64,000 nucleotides of DNA, from positions 13,022,238 through 13,086,237 of the forward strand of contig OZ316892.1 in the NCBI GenBank assembly GCA_973895155.1, written 5' to 3'. Positions 49,771 through 62,340 of this stretch are shown piece by piece. Source of the DNA: Marsupella aquatica (lineage: Eukaryota > Plantae > Marchantiophyta). Position numbers and translations under genes: made by a program. The stretch's first letter is position 1, and every line of letters starts with the position of its first letter. The notes under the pieces were generated by a model that was not told the origin of the DNA, ran no database searches, and saw only the letters and a list, made by a program, of their open reading frames with translations.

Positions 49771-51841
49771 TGCTCCTCGATCCTCACCCCTCCCTGTCCC
49801 ATCCAACAAGAGTCACTATTAGAACTTGATTTTGTCTTTTTATTTGAAAATATTTTTTCGTAGTTTTCTATTAGTAATTAAGATTTTGTTTCTATTAGTC
49901 ACTAACTTTCAATACGTGGGGTCCTAGGCTCCTAGCCCTCTCCCTCCCCTCCTCTCCTGCCCATGGGAGGATCCTCCTTGGTACTTGTGCATAGGTGCAT
50001 GGACCTCCCCATTTTCCTGTGCCTTATGCACCAGACACTCAAAAGCAAAAAGTGTCAAACTGGGAGACAAGATCCCAATGGCAAGAGATCCAATAAAGGA
50101 GAGACCCAATATGGGGAGAAAACAAGAGAATGGCCCAAGAAGACCAAAGAGCCTGACCGTCTTAAAGGAACTAAACCCCTACTCAGGAGTGAACTGGAAA
50201 GGCTGGAAAAGATTAGGATTAGGATTTGCAGGAGGGTCATGAAGAGAAACACCCTCAGCATTCCGCACATTAATAAGGAATTCATGAGCCGTCTACAGTG
50301 CAACATACACCTGTTGTCTGAAGAAGGCATTGAGGATACAAACTGGGTGAGAACGCCCCTCTACAAAAACAATTGCAAACATCACAAAAAATGGTCAAAG
50401 ATAGGGAGTTGAGTCCCAAACACTTCAAAGCAAGGTAGTTAAGGCTAACAATCTACACAAAAAATCACACATATTTATCACCAAAAATAGTCAAAGATAC
50501 ATGTAGAGTCACAAAAAGGATAATGTCACACTCCACAAGAGATCATTCATATCAACCAAACAACTCTTAACTACTTTGTCATTAAAGATATTCTAATTGA
50601 CAATATTGTCATATATTTTGTTGTATTTAGAAACATGCCATGGTTTTATATATGGATGACAACTTCTCTAACATAATCAGGGTAATCTACAACTATAGTA
50701 AAGGATCCCACCATTTTTTGTCCTTAGTCTCAATACAAAAAAGCTCCTGGGCGGGAAAGATCCACAGTCGTTAGATTCAATTAGCTGTTTGCCCTGACCA
50801 TTGATGGAAAAAATGTGCACCTTTGGCACATATGTGCTTCCCGTTGCCCCATAAATGTACTGGCCTGACTCCCTATGGGCCGGCCCTCCTTGCTCAGTGC
50901 AACGCACTGGCATAGAGCTCGTCTTACTAATAAATAATGATGAGAAATTAGAGTGAAACCTCTAGACCATGGAACCCTACTCTAGGGTTCCCCCAAAGAT
51001 TTGTGTCGATGGAAAGAACCTTGAGATATTATCTATGTCAAAATGATGATCATACATTATAATTTTTGTTATCTAATTAATTGAATGTGAGTTTAGGTCA
51101 TATGCCAAACCATGGCATATTTATAAATACAATAAAAATAGGGATAGGGGCCATATTGTAAATGTTAACATTTTTACTGGCAATGTAGATAATCCAAAGT
51201 AAGATTTTATCTGCGGAAACTATACTTTTCTACTTTTCCAAGAGCGACATACAATTTCCATTCTTTTATTACTACTTTAAATAAGATTTGTTTGATTTGG
51301 AGAGATTGCCGATTGGATAGCTCATCAACCAAATTGCGCAAACTGGTAAAAAAGATTGAAAGATACGGTGGAGAGTTTGAAAACTTCCAAACAAAACTTG
51401 TTAAACCAAATCTGGAGGACAACGCGAGGAGCACGAACTGACAGTAACACAAACACACTTCTGGAGCGACACGACATTGTTGTGGGGCATGGCGGGACAG
51501 TGGCGGTCGAAGGAGACTATGGGAGTGACCGTATCGGTGAAGCTTGACTGATCATGAACGCTCTCCTTCACGTCTGATGTTGAATGTGCAGAGAAATCGT
51601 GTGGTGTTGCTCTCAAGTTCCTGAGAAATCAACGAATGTGATGTGAGAAATCAAAGAATAACCGTGCTCTTCTTTCACTGTCGTGGTGACATTTGCTCCT
51701 TTAATGGACCTACGATTGAATTCAATCCTTTCGTAGGATCTGCGCCCCACCGTAGTCTTGGCCATTTTCTTCTCGTCCTCACGAAATTTCGAGGTGATGC
51801 CTGAAGCTTAGACTGTCACTACAGATCCTCAGAGCGTGGAT

Positions 51842-53104
51842 ATGGCTTCCTTAGCAGCTGCGCAACCCAGTTCCTTCCTCTCACGGCAGCCCTCAATCGT
51901 GCCTCTGCTGCAATCGTCGTCGTTTTCCCCTCCAGCAAGGAATTCTTCACTTGTATGCTGCGCTGCTGCAAGTAGCGGCAGTGTGCAGCGCGATGGAGGT
52001 TCGACCGATCCTCTGCTGCTGCGCGTGGCCAGAGGAGAAGATGCTGAGAGAACACCTGTGTGGCTGATGCGGCAAGCGGGACGGTACATGGCGGAGTTCC
52101 GCAAATTTTCTCAGAAGTACCCGTTCAGGCAAAGGTCCGAAACGCCAGACATTGCCATAGAGCTGTCGCTGCAGCCGTGGCGGTCGTTTCAGCCGGATGG
52201 GGTCATCATGTTCTCGGACATTCTGACTCCTCTACCGGCTCTGGGAATTGACTTCGATATGGTCAAGGGTAAGGGGCCTCAAATTGCAAATCCCGTCCGG
52301 ACTCTTGCTGAAGTTGGTGCTCTAAGGCCGCTGGATGATCCGGACAAATCACTCCCATTCATTCGGGAAATCCTCTCCTCGCTGAGAAGGGAAGTGGATG
52401 GCAAGTCCACTCTTATAGGGTTTGTTGGCACGCCTTGGACATTGGCAGCTTATGCCATGGAGGGTGGAGCTGACAAAAGTCTGGTTGTCACAAAGAGCAT
52501 TATGCTTCGTGAGCCGGAGGTTCTAATGGCCTTTCTTGAGCGTTTGACGGAGGCTCTCGTGACTTACGTTGGTTATCAGATTGATTCCGGGGCCCAAGTG
52601 ATCCAGCTTTTTGATTCGTGGGCACACCATTTGTCACCAGACCAATTTAGCAAGTTCAGTTTGCCGTTTGCTGAGAAACTGACCCGAAGAGTGAAGGAAT
52701 CGTATCCGGACACACCCATCATCTTCCATGCAAACGGGGGAACAGGGAAATTGCACCTGTTGAAGGAGGGTTGCAGTGCTGATGTCATTGGCCTCGATTG
52801 GAGCAATGAGATTGAAAGAGCTCGGTCTATTTTGGGTGATGAGGCAGTTATTCAGGGTAATGTAGATCCAATGATTTTGTTTGGCCCGGAGGAAGCAATC
52901 CGTGAGGCCGTTGAACAATGCATAGCTGGAGCAGGACGGAGACGCCATATACTCAATGTTGGCCATGGTGTCATTCAGGGAACGCCAGAGGAGGCAGTAG
53001 GATTATTCTGCCAACTAGCAAGAGAAAGTTCCCGTAGCCAGACGTCGCCCACAGAAAAAAATTCTGCACAATTTGGTAGACCAGTCGAGCTTTCAAGTGT
53101 ATAG
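51842..53104 (+). CDS. hemE: Uroporphyrinogen decarboxylase, plastid-targeted, single exon
   Basis: Ser/Ala-rich transit peptide, then PVWLMRQAGRY, FSDILTPL, GFVGTPWTLAAY, QLFDSW, QGNVDP and HILNVGHG in one uninterrupted ORF from ATG 51842. Confidence 0.97.
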   Translation: MASLAAAQPSSFLSRQPSIVPLLQSSSFSPPARNSSLVCCAAASSGSVQRDGGSTDPLLLRVARGEDAERTPVWLMRQAGRYMAEFRKFSQKYPFRQRSETPDIAIELSLQPWRSFQPDGVIMFSDILTPLPALGIDFDMVKGKGPQIANPVRTLAEVGALRPLDDPDKSLPFIREILSSLRREVDGKSTLIGFVGTPWTLAAYAMEGGADKSLVVTKSIMLREPEVLMAFLERLTEALVTYVGYQIDSGAQVIQLFDSWAHHLSPDQFSKFSLPFAEKLTRRVKESYPDTPIIFHANGGTGKLHLLKEGCSADVIGLDWSNEIERARSILGDEAVIQGNVDPMILFGPEEAIREAVEQCIAGAGRRRHILNVGHGVIQGTPEEAVGLFCQLARESSRSQTSPTEKNSAQFGRPVELSSV

Positions 53105-53345
53105 AAATCCGATTTTCTCAGCTCTGGAAACAATTTGATATTGCACATCTATTTGAGATTGAGGGTAACGTAGTTTTCAAACTTGCATTGGCTTGCTGCG
53201 AAAAGTAGTTCACGGACGTGGTCCAACGGTGGGAGTGTCTATCGCCATTGAGCTCATAGGTGAAGATGCTGAAAGTGAGGAGCTTTTATCACTATCACTC
53301 TTACGTGTAGAGCACTCGTTTTGAAAACAAAATTGGAAATCATTC

Positions 53346-53408
53346 TGGACAGTCTTGCAAAGCAACTGGACTGTCTTGCAAAGCAATTGGACAGTTCTTT
53401 CAAAGCAG
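53346..53408 (+). repeat. 21-bp tandem repeat x3 (CTGGACAGTCTTGCAAAGCAA)
   Basis: Read directly, 3' of hemE. Confidence 0.85.
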
Positions 53409-54350
53409 TGCAAGCAGCTCCGCGAGGAGTGGGCTATTGAAACCAAAAACAAATTGCCTCAACATAAAAGTACTGTTACCTCACTGGTCTGTTACCTCGT
53501 GAGTCTAAGCCTATGAACTCTCTGCTATTCCTGGTCCGTCACATCGCGAGTCTAATCTGACACGATGGTTTTTCTTTTTCAACTCGATTCATTTTTGTGG
53601 GCAACCTATGAAGTACAAGGTCCAAGTTAAGAGTGAATCTGTATGCTGTCCTACCTCTCAGTTGTGATAAAGTTCACTTCACGAATTTGGCTACGACCCT
53701 CCTTCTCTTGCAGTTCGCCCAGTTGCACTTCGTAAACTAGCACCTTTTGTGACTGTGGTCGAGCATATGATCCAACCTTTGTTAGTGTAATGCCACTTCA
53801 GTAGGTAAGTAGCGTAATCGGTTGTGTTGCTTGTTGCAAGCACTAAAGGTGTAGTACGAGAAATTATGTTAGTTATACGAAAATGCGAGTGGACCACTCT
53901 TGACCAGGCTACGCATATAGTCTTCAATACACAGCGTAGAGCTGAAACTCTTGGTAGTAGTCCGTAACCTCACTCACACAAGTCACAATGAGTCTTCCAA
54001 TGATTTATGCCGTAAGCTGCAAACTTTATTTTGGGATGGAAAATGAGTCTGCCACAGATAAATGTCGTAAGCTGCAAACTCGTGTGATGGCTGCAAACTT
54101 TTGGGATGGACAATGAGTCTGCGACAGATGTGTCGTAAGCTGTAACTCGTGGGATGGCCACAACTTGGAAACGCACTGGCATGATTGAAGATTGCTGGCG
54201 ACCTTTACCTATGGCACGTGCTGTACAGTTGGACTGACATGATGAAGGTTGTAGGTAGAATAAACTGCTATTCATAATTCATCTCTCAGTCTCAGACTCT
54301 CAGCATTGAGCATTCCCCTTCACCACAAGGCCTGTCGTGCTACTACCGCA

Positions 54351-54466
54351 TAATTGCAGCATGGGTGGGCAAGTTAGTTAATTTGGGAGTGCTATAAATT
54401 GTAGCATGGGTAGGCAAGTTAGTTGTTGTGGGAGTGCGTATAATTGCAGCATGGGTAGGCAAGTTA
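54351..54466 (+). repeat. ~45-bp tandem repeat x~3 (AATTGCAGCATGGGTAGGCAAGTTAGTT..GGGAGTGC)
   Basis: Read directly; a second degenerate array lies at ~54010-54160. Confidence 0.8.
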
Positions 54467-56495
54467 CAGTAGTAACGTGTGGGAGTGTGGATCTCGACGT
54501 TGATATCGAACTACTTAACGGTGGCTTTTTGGAATGACTGTGAAGCACACTACTAAGAAGATGAAAATATTTTTTTATGGAGGTCGATAGTAATTCAATA
54601 GTACTGCCATATGACTGACGTACCATTGAGCCGAAATAAGTTAAGAGGAAAATGAGAGAATAGGAGGTGGTCAATTTCACGGAAGGTCGATGATACATGA
54701 AGGGTCACCGCGATTCGTCCACCGACCGAAGTTGGAAAATGATATTCTTCACCCAAACAGGCACTAAAGCAGTCAAGGGTACCGTAGGAGAACAATTAAT
54801 GTTACAATCGTGGGAGCAACGCCAATTCGATATGATTGCCAGCAACGTCCACAAACGACGTACACAGCTGGATCCCCTGCCCCGTCCAGGGCTAGGCTAC
54901 TGTGTAGGCCTGCAAAAAGGTACCGAGTCCCAAGGCTGCCGTAAGCAAGTGGATGTGGGGAGTGGGTACGTCCGGGGCCACAAAAAAAGTGCATTCCTCC
55001 TACATGGAGATTTACCAATCGCAAGCCTTCAATTTTTAAAAGCAATCCTGCTACTGTAGTTTTGTCCTAGCCAGAAATTCTGCAACCGTCTTAAAACTTG
55101 GCCTCCTACTGAAATCACTTCAGTTTACGTACTGCATTTTTGGAGTACTGAAACTGGATTCGAGAGGCACTAGACCGCATTCAGGATTTACCGGATTCAT
55201 AACTGAGTTTTCCAAGAACTATCCAATAGTGCACCAATAGGGCCTCCTTGCTAACCAACTTCGACCTCGAATGAAAGGGATAAATTACAGCGGCCTACCC
55301 AACAGCTTGAATCGGTCCAGCTTTGTGTAGAGCCTTCTGATTGCAAGTAATTTGCAGAGATCCAAAGACTGTGCAGAGTGCATGGATATTAGGCACAGAT
55401 CTCTGGGAACAACCCGAGATAGTAGAACCTAACTCACAATGCCGATGAATTCTTGTGGTGACTTGTTTCATGTGATGGCAATGAGATTTCGCGTTTCTCT
55501 GGACATAAGGACTTCCTACTCCACTCGAACAACCGTGGTTTGACAGCCTACCGGATTCATCCACTCTTGGTCTTCTTCACTTATGGAGCTTCGGCTACTG
55601 TAGCGATTTATGGTCGGGTACACACTGGCAGACAACGACCGTGACACATGGGTTGAGCGTCTATCGGTCACGCGCAGGACAGATCACAGCCCTATAATCA
55701 CCTCACGCCGTCTCGTGGGAACGCTGTGTCATGTTTCCTGATCCCATCCAAACGTCATCCTCGGCTCACAGCTCAACTCAAGGACATACACTGCCGATGA
55801 CTGAAATGTCAGTTACGTCACAAAACTGTCTCCTTGTTCTTGCGGGTCTCGAAGGAACTGAAGCACAGAAATCTCACCTGTAAATTCTTTCACTCCTCCC
55901 TCGCACCAAAGTCATATCTCACACTATCTTCAGCAAGAACAGTAGAATGGCACACAGAAAATTAAGCTGGAGAGGCAAAGCCCGTGCGACCTTCATTAAC
56001 AATGCTAAGAACTTTTGAGGCACCTGAAGATCAACCCTCCGTAAAGAAGTTCTCATGAAGTCAATCGCAAGGACATTTGTAACTTTACCAGTGCCCGTAA
56101 TAAAACAATGGCATAACAACAGATCACCTGTGACATTGATTGCGCCCAGGACTTTCACACTTGCGGGTGGTGGACCACAGTTCGCTGTCCACAATTTGCT
56201 GTTAGCGGTAGTAATGCTGCACCTCTTACTACAGCATTTTCCGTGATTCTCTGAGGTGGGCAAAAATAAGCCGCAGTTCGTAACCTAATTAAACAATTGC
56301 TTCCTTTCTACCGAGAACCAGTAATCATCAACAAAAACGGGACACCTATCTGGCCAAAATCAATACAATCGAGCTTTATAGAGTTTAAGACCCCGCTTTC
56401 TAAACAGTACTCTCCGCCACAATCTCGAACTAAGCTCATGGTCAATAAACCAAAGAATCTAACACCGCAATCAGTGTTCTCTAGTTTTGGCAGTC

Positions 56496-59400
56496 TTACG
56501 AAGAGTACGGGGCAAAAACTATACAAGAGTTGTGGCCACCAAATCCAAATGAGTTGGAGATACCTGCGATACCCAGACGATCAATGAAAATGAAACGTCA
56601 AGCATCAGTGACCTGGTCATCAGGGTGAAAAGGAAAGAGAACAAGGTGCCGAAAGAAACAACAGAAGCGCAATTCAAGAGAGGAAGACTCCATAAAAAGA
56701 TAACGGTTTAAATCAGGCTTGAACGAGGATAGAATTACAGAATAACCTAGGTGACCGGCCGGCGGCAAGTTTCATAAACACATAAAATACGTCCTGAAAT
56801 CAGAAGTTTACTGACAAGATTGGGACATACCAACGTTAATCTCATGCTGCTTCTTCACATTTGGCACAGTATCGAAGGTCATGGCCGGCTCAAGGTTCTG
56901 CATCGCCACAACCCCAAAGGTCAATTGGATTAGCGACCAAAACTACCGATGCGATACGAATACGATAAGAAATATGATCATATGTAATCATCACGGCCAG
57001 GTGAGCTACTCACAAATTGATTAATGGTAGGATGTAGCCAGCCTGTCGTGATTGCCTTGATGGTGGCAATAGCCTCAAGACCTCCAGCAGCACCGAGACA
57101 ATGCCCAATCATGGACTGCATCGGCATAAAACATATCAGTAAGGTTTTCTGTCAAAAAGGCGTGCTGGATAAACACCAAGGGGAAATCCAACCTTGCGTC
57201 ATCACTCACTAGTTCCTATGCACATGATATAACAGTTTAACACCTATTCGGCATGGCTATCCGGACTATATCAGTGGTCTACTGCACTGGCCGTAACCTA
57301 ATTCAAACCGATAAAGTACTCTCCACTATTCAACATTGAAGAGGGTAGCACCGAGTCTGGGTAGAGGCACAGTACAGAGAATAAAGGCAATGCCTTCCTT
57401 TCCACAAGAATTCCCCAGCCCCGATTTCTTTGTTCATTTCATTTCAAGATTCTCTCGAAAATGTAAGGGCGCAAATGTTGCAGCTGTAAACAATCACCTT
57501 AGTTGCGTTAATCTTGATATCTTGATCCTCCTTGAAAACTTTCTTGACCGCATTGACCTCCGCCAGGTCTCCCACTATAGTTGAGGTAGCATGAGCATTG
57601 ATATAATTCACCTACACACAATCGTCATTGGATCACAACTGAACACCCATCTTCTCATTGGTACCAAGTAAATAGAACCTTTCCCATTTCAAATGTACTC
57701 CTGCCCAATTTCAAATTTGCGCAGGGCCGCCAAAGTTAACGACATCAATAACTATGACATAAGACAAGATCCATTCAAAACACAGATAATACTGTTCTCG
57801 TGGTGAGGCAACCAATACAACGAATATTTGCTACGAGATAAAACATTCCTAAGACTCCACCTTGGAACAAGCACTTTCGGAACTAAAGCAGCGTAATCCT
57901 TGGAGCAGTCCCTACCTCCTCGGGAGCTACTCCGGCATCTACGAGACTTCTTTGGATACAGGATGAGACTCCAAGTCCATCTGCCCGAGGATCTGTCATG
58001 TGATAAGCATCACAGTTCACAGCACCACCCAGATACTCAGCAATAATTTTTGCTCCCCGCTTCGTCGCATGTTCAAGGCTCTCCAAAACCTGCTCCATCA
58101 GGACGAGTTAGGACCAAAACCCTAGCTAAATCTCAGTCAAGGGACAATCTAAGTTCAAAATCTTGATGTTAGAACGGTCCCCTCCGTTGCTTGGAAAGGT
58201 GGTCACTCAAAGAGATCTTACCAGTACACCTGCACCCTCACCCATGACAAAACCTTCACGCTCCTTGTCCCATGGCCTAGATGCAGTTTCAGGACTGTCA
58301 TTCCTGGTAGAGAGAGCTCTGCAAGCCACAAAACCTCCCAAACCAACAGGTATGATTGCTGCCTCCGTCCCGCCAGCGACCATGATGTCTGCTTCACCCC
58401 TTCTAATATGATTGGCAGCAGCATAGAAACAATAGTTGGACGTTGCACAAGCTGTCGATATGGAGTAATTTGGACCCATCAACCCCAACTCAATTGCCAA
58501 CAGAGCAGAAGCCATGTTGGTGATGGCGTAAGGAATGAAGAAGGGCGTAATTCTCTTGTGGCCTTTCTCGATAAGAGCTTGCACACCGTCCGAGAAAACA
58601 GAGAGCCCACCCATGCCAGTACCTACCAACACACCCGCTCGCTGCTTATCTATCTGCGACATTTCAGACTCAAAACCACAGGAACCACGAATTCAACAAA
58701 TTAGTCCCAAAGAATTAAGAGTCTCAGTCGAAGAAAAAGAATAAAACAAAACACATAAGAGGACGAGAGAATGCAGCTGCCATTTGAAGTAGGGAACAGA
58801 TATCCCGTCGCTTGGACTAATCCCATCTGAATTAAAGATTGAGCTATCAATAAAAGACTGGTATCTGTCCGGTGTAATCTAAGTTTTTAGCGAGTAAAAT
58901 TGTGGGGAGCAGCTTATTAATGTCACCGCTTTGTGGGAAGTGACTGGGACATGACCTACAGGACGGGAAAAAATAAGTAACCTTCGGATCATTAATTACA
59001 CTTGGCGAGTAGAACAAGGACTTTAGGGACTGTGACAGTCAACATAGGGACCTTCGACTCTGGCTCCAAGTTGCTCATCTTGTCCCTCAAGACAGCAATT
59101 CCTCTCGGGGACTGCCCACAATTCTTTCATCACTGGTATATGTAAACATTCTATGTCCCGTCTCTGCGTCTCTTCTTCCAGTTCTGGAAATCAGATCACA
59201 CTACAGGATGATCAACATACTATCCAATATGCAAGAATTGACTTTGACTGAGTCTCAACAACTTTGCAGCTGTTAGGCTTTGCAGCTGTCAGGCGTACTT
59301 CGAAGTGCTTGCCACTTGCACAAACTGTTTTAACTAGGTTGTGCTTGCCCAGCTTACTGATGGGCAGCTACTGAGGTAATGGTGTGCATACGAGGAACAT

Positions 59401-60422
59401 GGTCAACATGACCAGAGGAGAACATAATACCGTATTTAGGAGGTCTCCTCCCAAGCCCGCATCTTCCAAAGCTTTCTGTCCGCTGACCAGACAATACCTA
59501 AGGCAGTCGTCAAGGCGACGATCGTTTTTCCCATCAATGTAACCCTTCGACTCGAATCCCCGAATTTGACCCCCAAATTTAGTCGGGAATGTCGATGCAT
59601 CAAAACGATCAATCAGAGAGATCCCGCTCGTTCCTTCGAGGAGTTTTTCGTAAAATGTGTCAACGTCGTTCCCGAACACGGAAACGACGCCCATTCCTGT
59701 AACCACCACTCTTTTCTTGGGGTCCATCTCTCTCTTTGGGGCACTGACTGCTGAGGCCATCGCTCTTGCCCCGGCTTTCCTCGTACCTGTCAATATCAGC
59801 ATTTCAGTAACTTGTTCACTCGGATAGAGTCCCACCTCACCCACAAGAAGATGTTAACGATTCTTGAGACCTCGTCCCTAGTACTATTTCTTCGAGTTGC
59901 ACGAACTCATAGAGTTCCATGGTACAAGACTAGCTTAAGAGCAAAAGAGTAGCCGTTAAGCAATTCACGACGCCCACCAAGAAGCCACATCCAAACTATC
60001 GCGTCAATCAAGATGACCGAACAGGGTATAACGCAGATTGACCCTAAAAATACGTAAACCCATCATATCCACCCTTCCAGATACATCATCGCAATTCGTG
60101 ACTTACAGATAAACATATAAAGCCAATATGCCATGCAATAAGTTGCCAATATATGGTAAACACTCAAGAACGGAAAGACGGCAACTGATTAACTGACGAC
60201 GGCCAAACTAGGGCTTTGCAAGCTTTTTAAATTTGCAGGAAATACAAGGGGACGGCTCTGCATTGCAAGGGACACGAGGGTGGGAGAAAACGTACGAAGT
60301 CGGAGTTGAGAAGCTGAGGAAGAGACATTTGGAGATCGCAGAAGAGCAACGTCGGAAGCTGGTGAATCTACTTTTCTGAGCCCTTGAAACCCGGCTCCGA
60401 CCACGGCGCTTACGGCTTCCAT
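56496..60422 (-). CDS. KASI: 3-oxoacyl-[ACP] synthase I (KAS I), plastid, 8 exons
   Basis: Exons ~60422-60198, 59787-59432, 58652-58222, 58089-57916, 57612-57499, 57115-57014, 56897-56831 and 56563-56496. Motifs: DPKKRVVVTGMG, STACATSN (catalytic Cys), NAHATST and IGHCLG (catalytic His), final GISNSFGFGGHNSCIVFAPYSS*. Confidence 0.96.
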
Positions 60423-61709
60423 GATTCCTCTCGCTCCAATCTCCCCTCAAATAGCAGGCGATCGAAAGGCTTCACGGGAGGTGATGCACATGTAAGTTAG
60501 CTCAGAGGTGTCACTGAAAGTCTAGAAAAAGAAGACGTAACTTACGAAGTATTCCCCTTCGAAATCCCAATCAAAAAACCGAGTAATTAACAGTTCACAC
60601 GCAGTACACCCGAAAGCGGAATGGTCACATTTCAAAAACACCAAAGAAGTGCGAGTCTCCTCCTCAGAGAACCGATCATTCTCTCCAAAACCTCACAGCT
60701 CACTTCCCATGCCTGCCTCGTGAGTTGCTCTCGACCTACGTCTACACCATTCAAGAAAATTTCACGCACACAATGCAACAAGAGCTCTCATGACACGCCC
60801 AAATTGCACCCAAGCTGAAAAGAACTACACTGCAATCGATCCGCCCGTCGTTTCCAACAAGCAGCAGCGTCCTGGGCCGAGCACTTACCAACGTCGGAGG
60901 GAGCCCACTCAGCAAAAAACGAAGAATGAATGCATCTGCGACTCACCGGAGTCGAAACCAAAGGATTCACAGCTGCTCTTCCTGCTGCTCCAGCTCCTGC
61001 TGCCTCGCTCCACAACGAGAAACACCGAGCGAATAAGGGAACGACGAGCTCGGAGGAGATCACGAGGACAGAAGGGACGGAGGAGTGTACCACGGCGTTC
61101 CCTCCAGCCGAGGTGGGTCCGCTCCGCCGCACCAAACCAATGTACAAACCAAGGCTCTGCTCGTCTCATCCATAATCACGAGGCGTCGGGGCGAAACTTG
61201 CAAGGCGGGCGGACCTCGCTCCTTCCGTTCTGACCCACACGTGTCCGTCCACAGTTCCCCACCTCCCAACCCGTACCGGACCTCCCGGTACCCGTACCTG
61301 TCTTCCTTGACCCGAGACGATGAATCCAACCAAGCATCTCTGCTCCAAACCGAGCACATCCGTCTCTTCTTGAAACCAAAGAGGGACTGACCTGTTTGTG
61401 TATTTCATCGTGGTTAAAGAAGTGCACGGGGACAACCGGTGGTGACAGCTTCGACCGGTGGCGTTTTGTACGCCTAGGAAACTTATATGACGAGGACTGA
61501 CTACTACTCTACTGCACTGCAACGCACCGCAATTGAGTGATGGCGAGTTTCATTGGCTCGTCGTTGTCCGCACTCGCTGTGCAATATCTTCCTCTCATTG
61601 GCATTGGCCTGGACGACGACGAAGGTTCCGTTTGTCCCCGATGTTCGCTCGGGTATCTACTGTACTGTGCCCGGTAATTCGAGGGTGGGGCTGTTGTGCT
61701 TGAGCTCCT

Positions 61710-62340
61710 CCAATTCCGCCCCACCTGGGCGATGGAAGAACAACCACTACTAGAGCTTCCCCTAGCAGTAATACACAGCAGTGAATGAATAATGGCTTCC
61801 AATTCTGCACAGCTTGGCGATGGAAGAACCACCAGAGCATCCACTGGTAGTAATATACAGCAGCGAATAATGGCTTCCAATTCTGCACAGCTTGGCGATG
61901 GGAGAACCACCAGAGCATCCACTGGTAGTAATATACAGCAGCGAATAATGGCTTCCAATTCTGCACAGCTTGGCGATGGGAGAACCACCAGAGCATCCAC
62001 TAGTAGTAATATACAGCAGTAAAATAATGTCTTCCAATTCTGCACAGCTTGGCGATGCATGAACCACCGGAGCAGAGAGCATCCACTATTAGTAATATAC
62101 AGCACTGAATAATGTATTCCAATTCTGCACAGCTTGGCGATGCATGAACCACCGGAGCATCTACTAGTAGTAGAATAGAGCAGTGAGTAATGGGTTTCAA
62201 TTCTGCATAGCTTGGCCATGGAAGGACCACTAGAGCATCCGTCTACTAGTAGAGCAATGACCGGCTTCACACTCTGCACCAGGCATGGGAGAGCCACAAG
62301 AGCATCTACAGGTAGAGCAATGACTGGCTTCCAAATTCCA
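61710..62340. repeat. 78-bp minisatellite, ~7-8 units, upstream of KASI
   Basis: AATTCTGCA recurs at 61801, 61879, 61957, 62036, 62121 and 62199; units degrade toward both edges. Confidence 0.93.

Noticed and set aside
49985-50242. KSVKLGDKIP resembling KSVKLGDKFP in ORF 5274-5585
   Set aside because: The match is to a non-coding frame of the transposase and does not extend. Likely chance; the region looks like an unrelated decayed TE fragment.
50608-51148. ~45-bp degenerate inverted similarity (50608-50660 vs ~51096-51148)
   Set aside because: AT-rich and imperfect, with no TSD found; at most an old MITE remnant.
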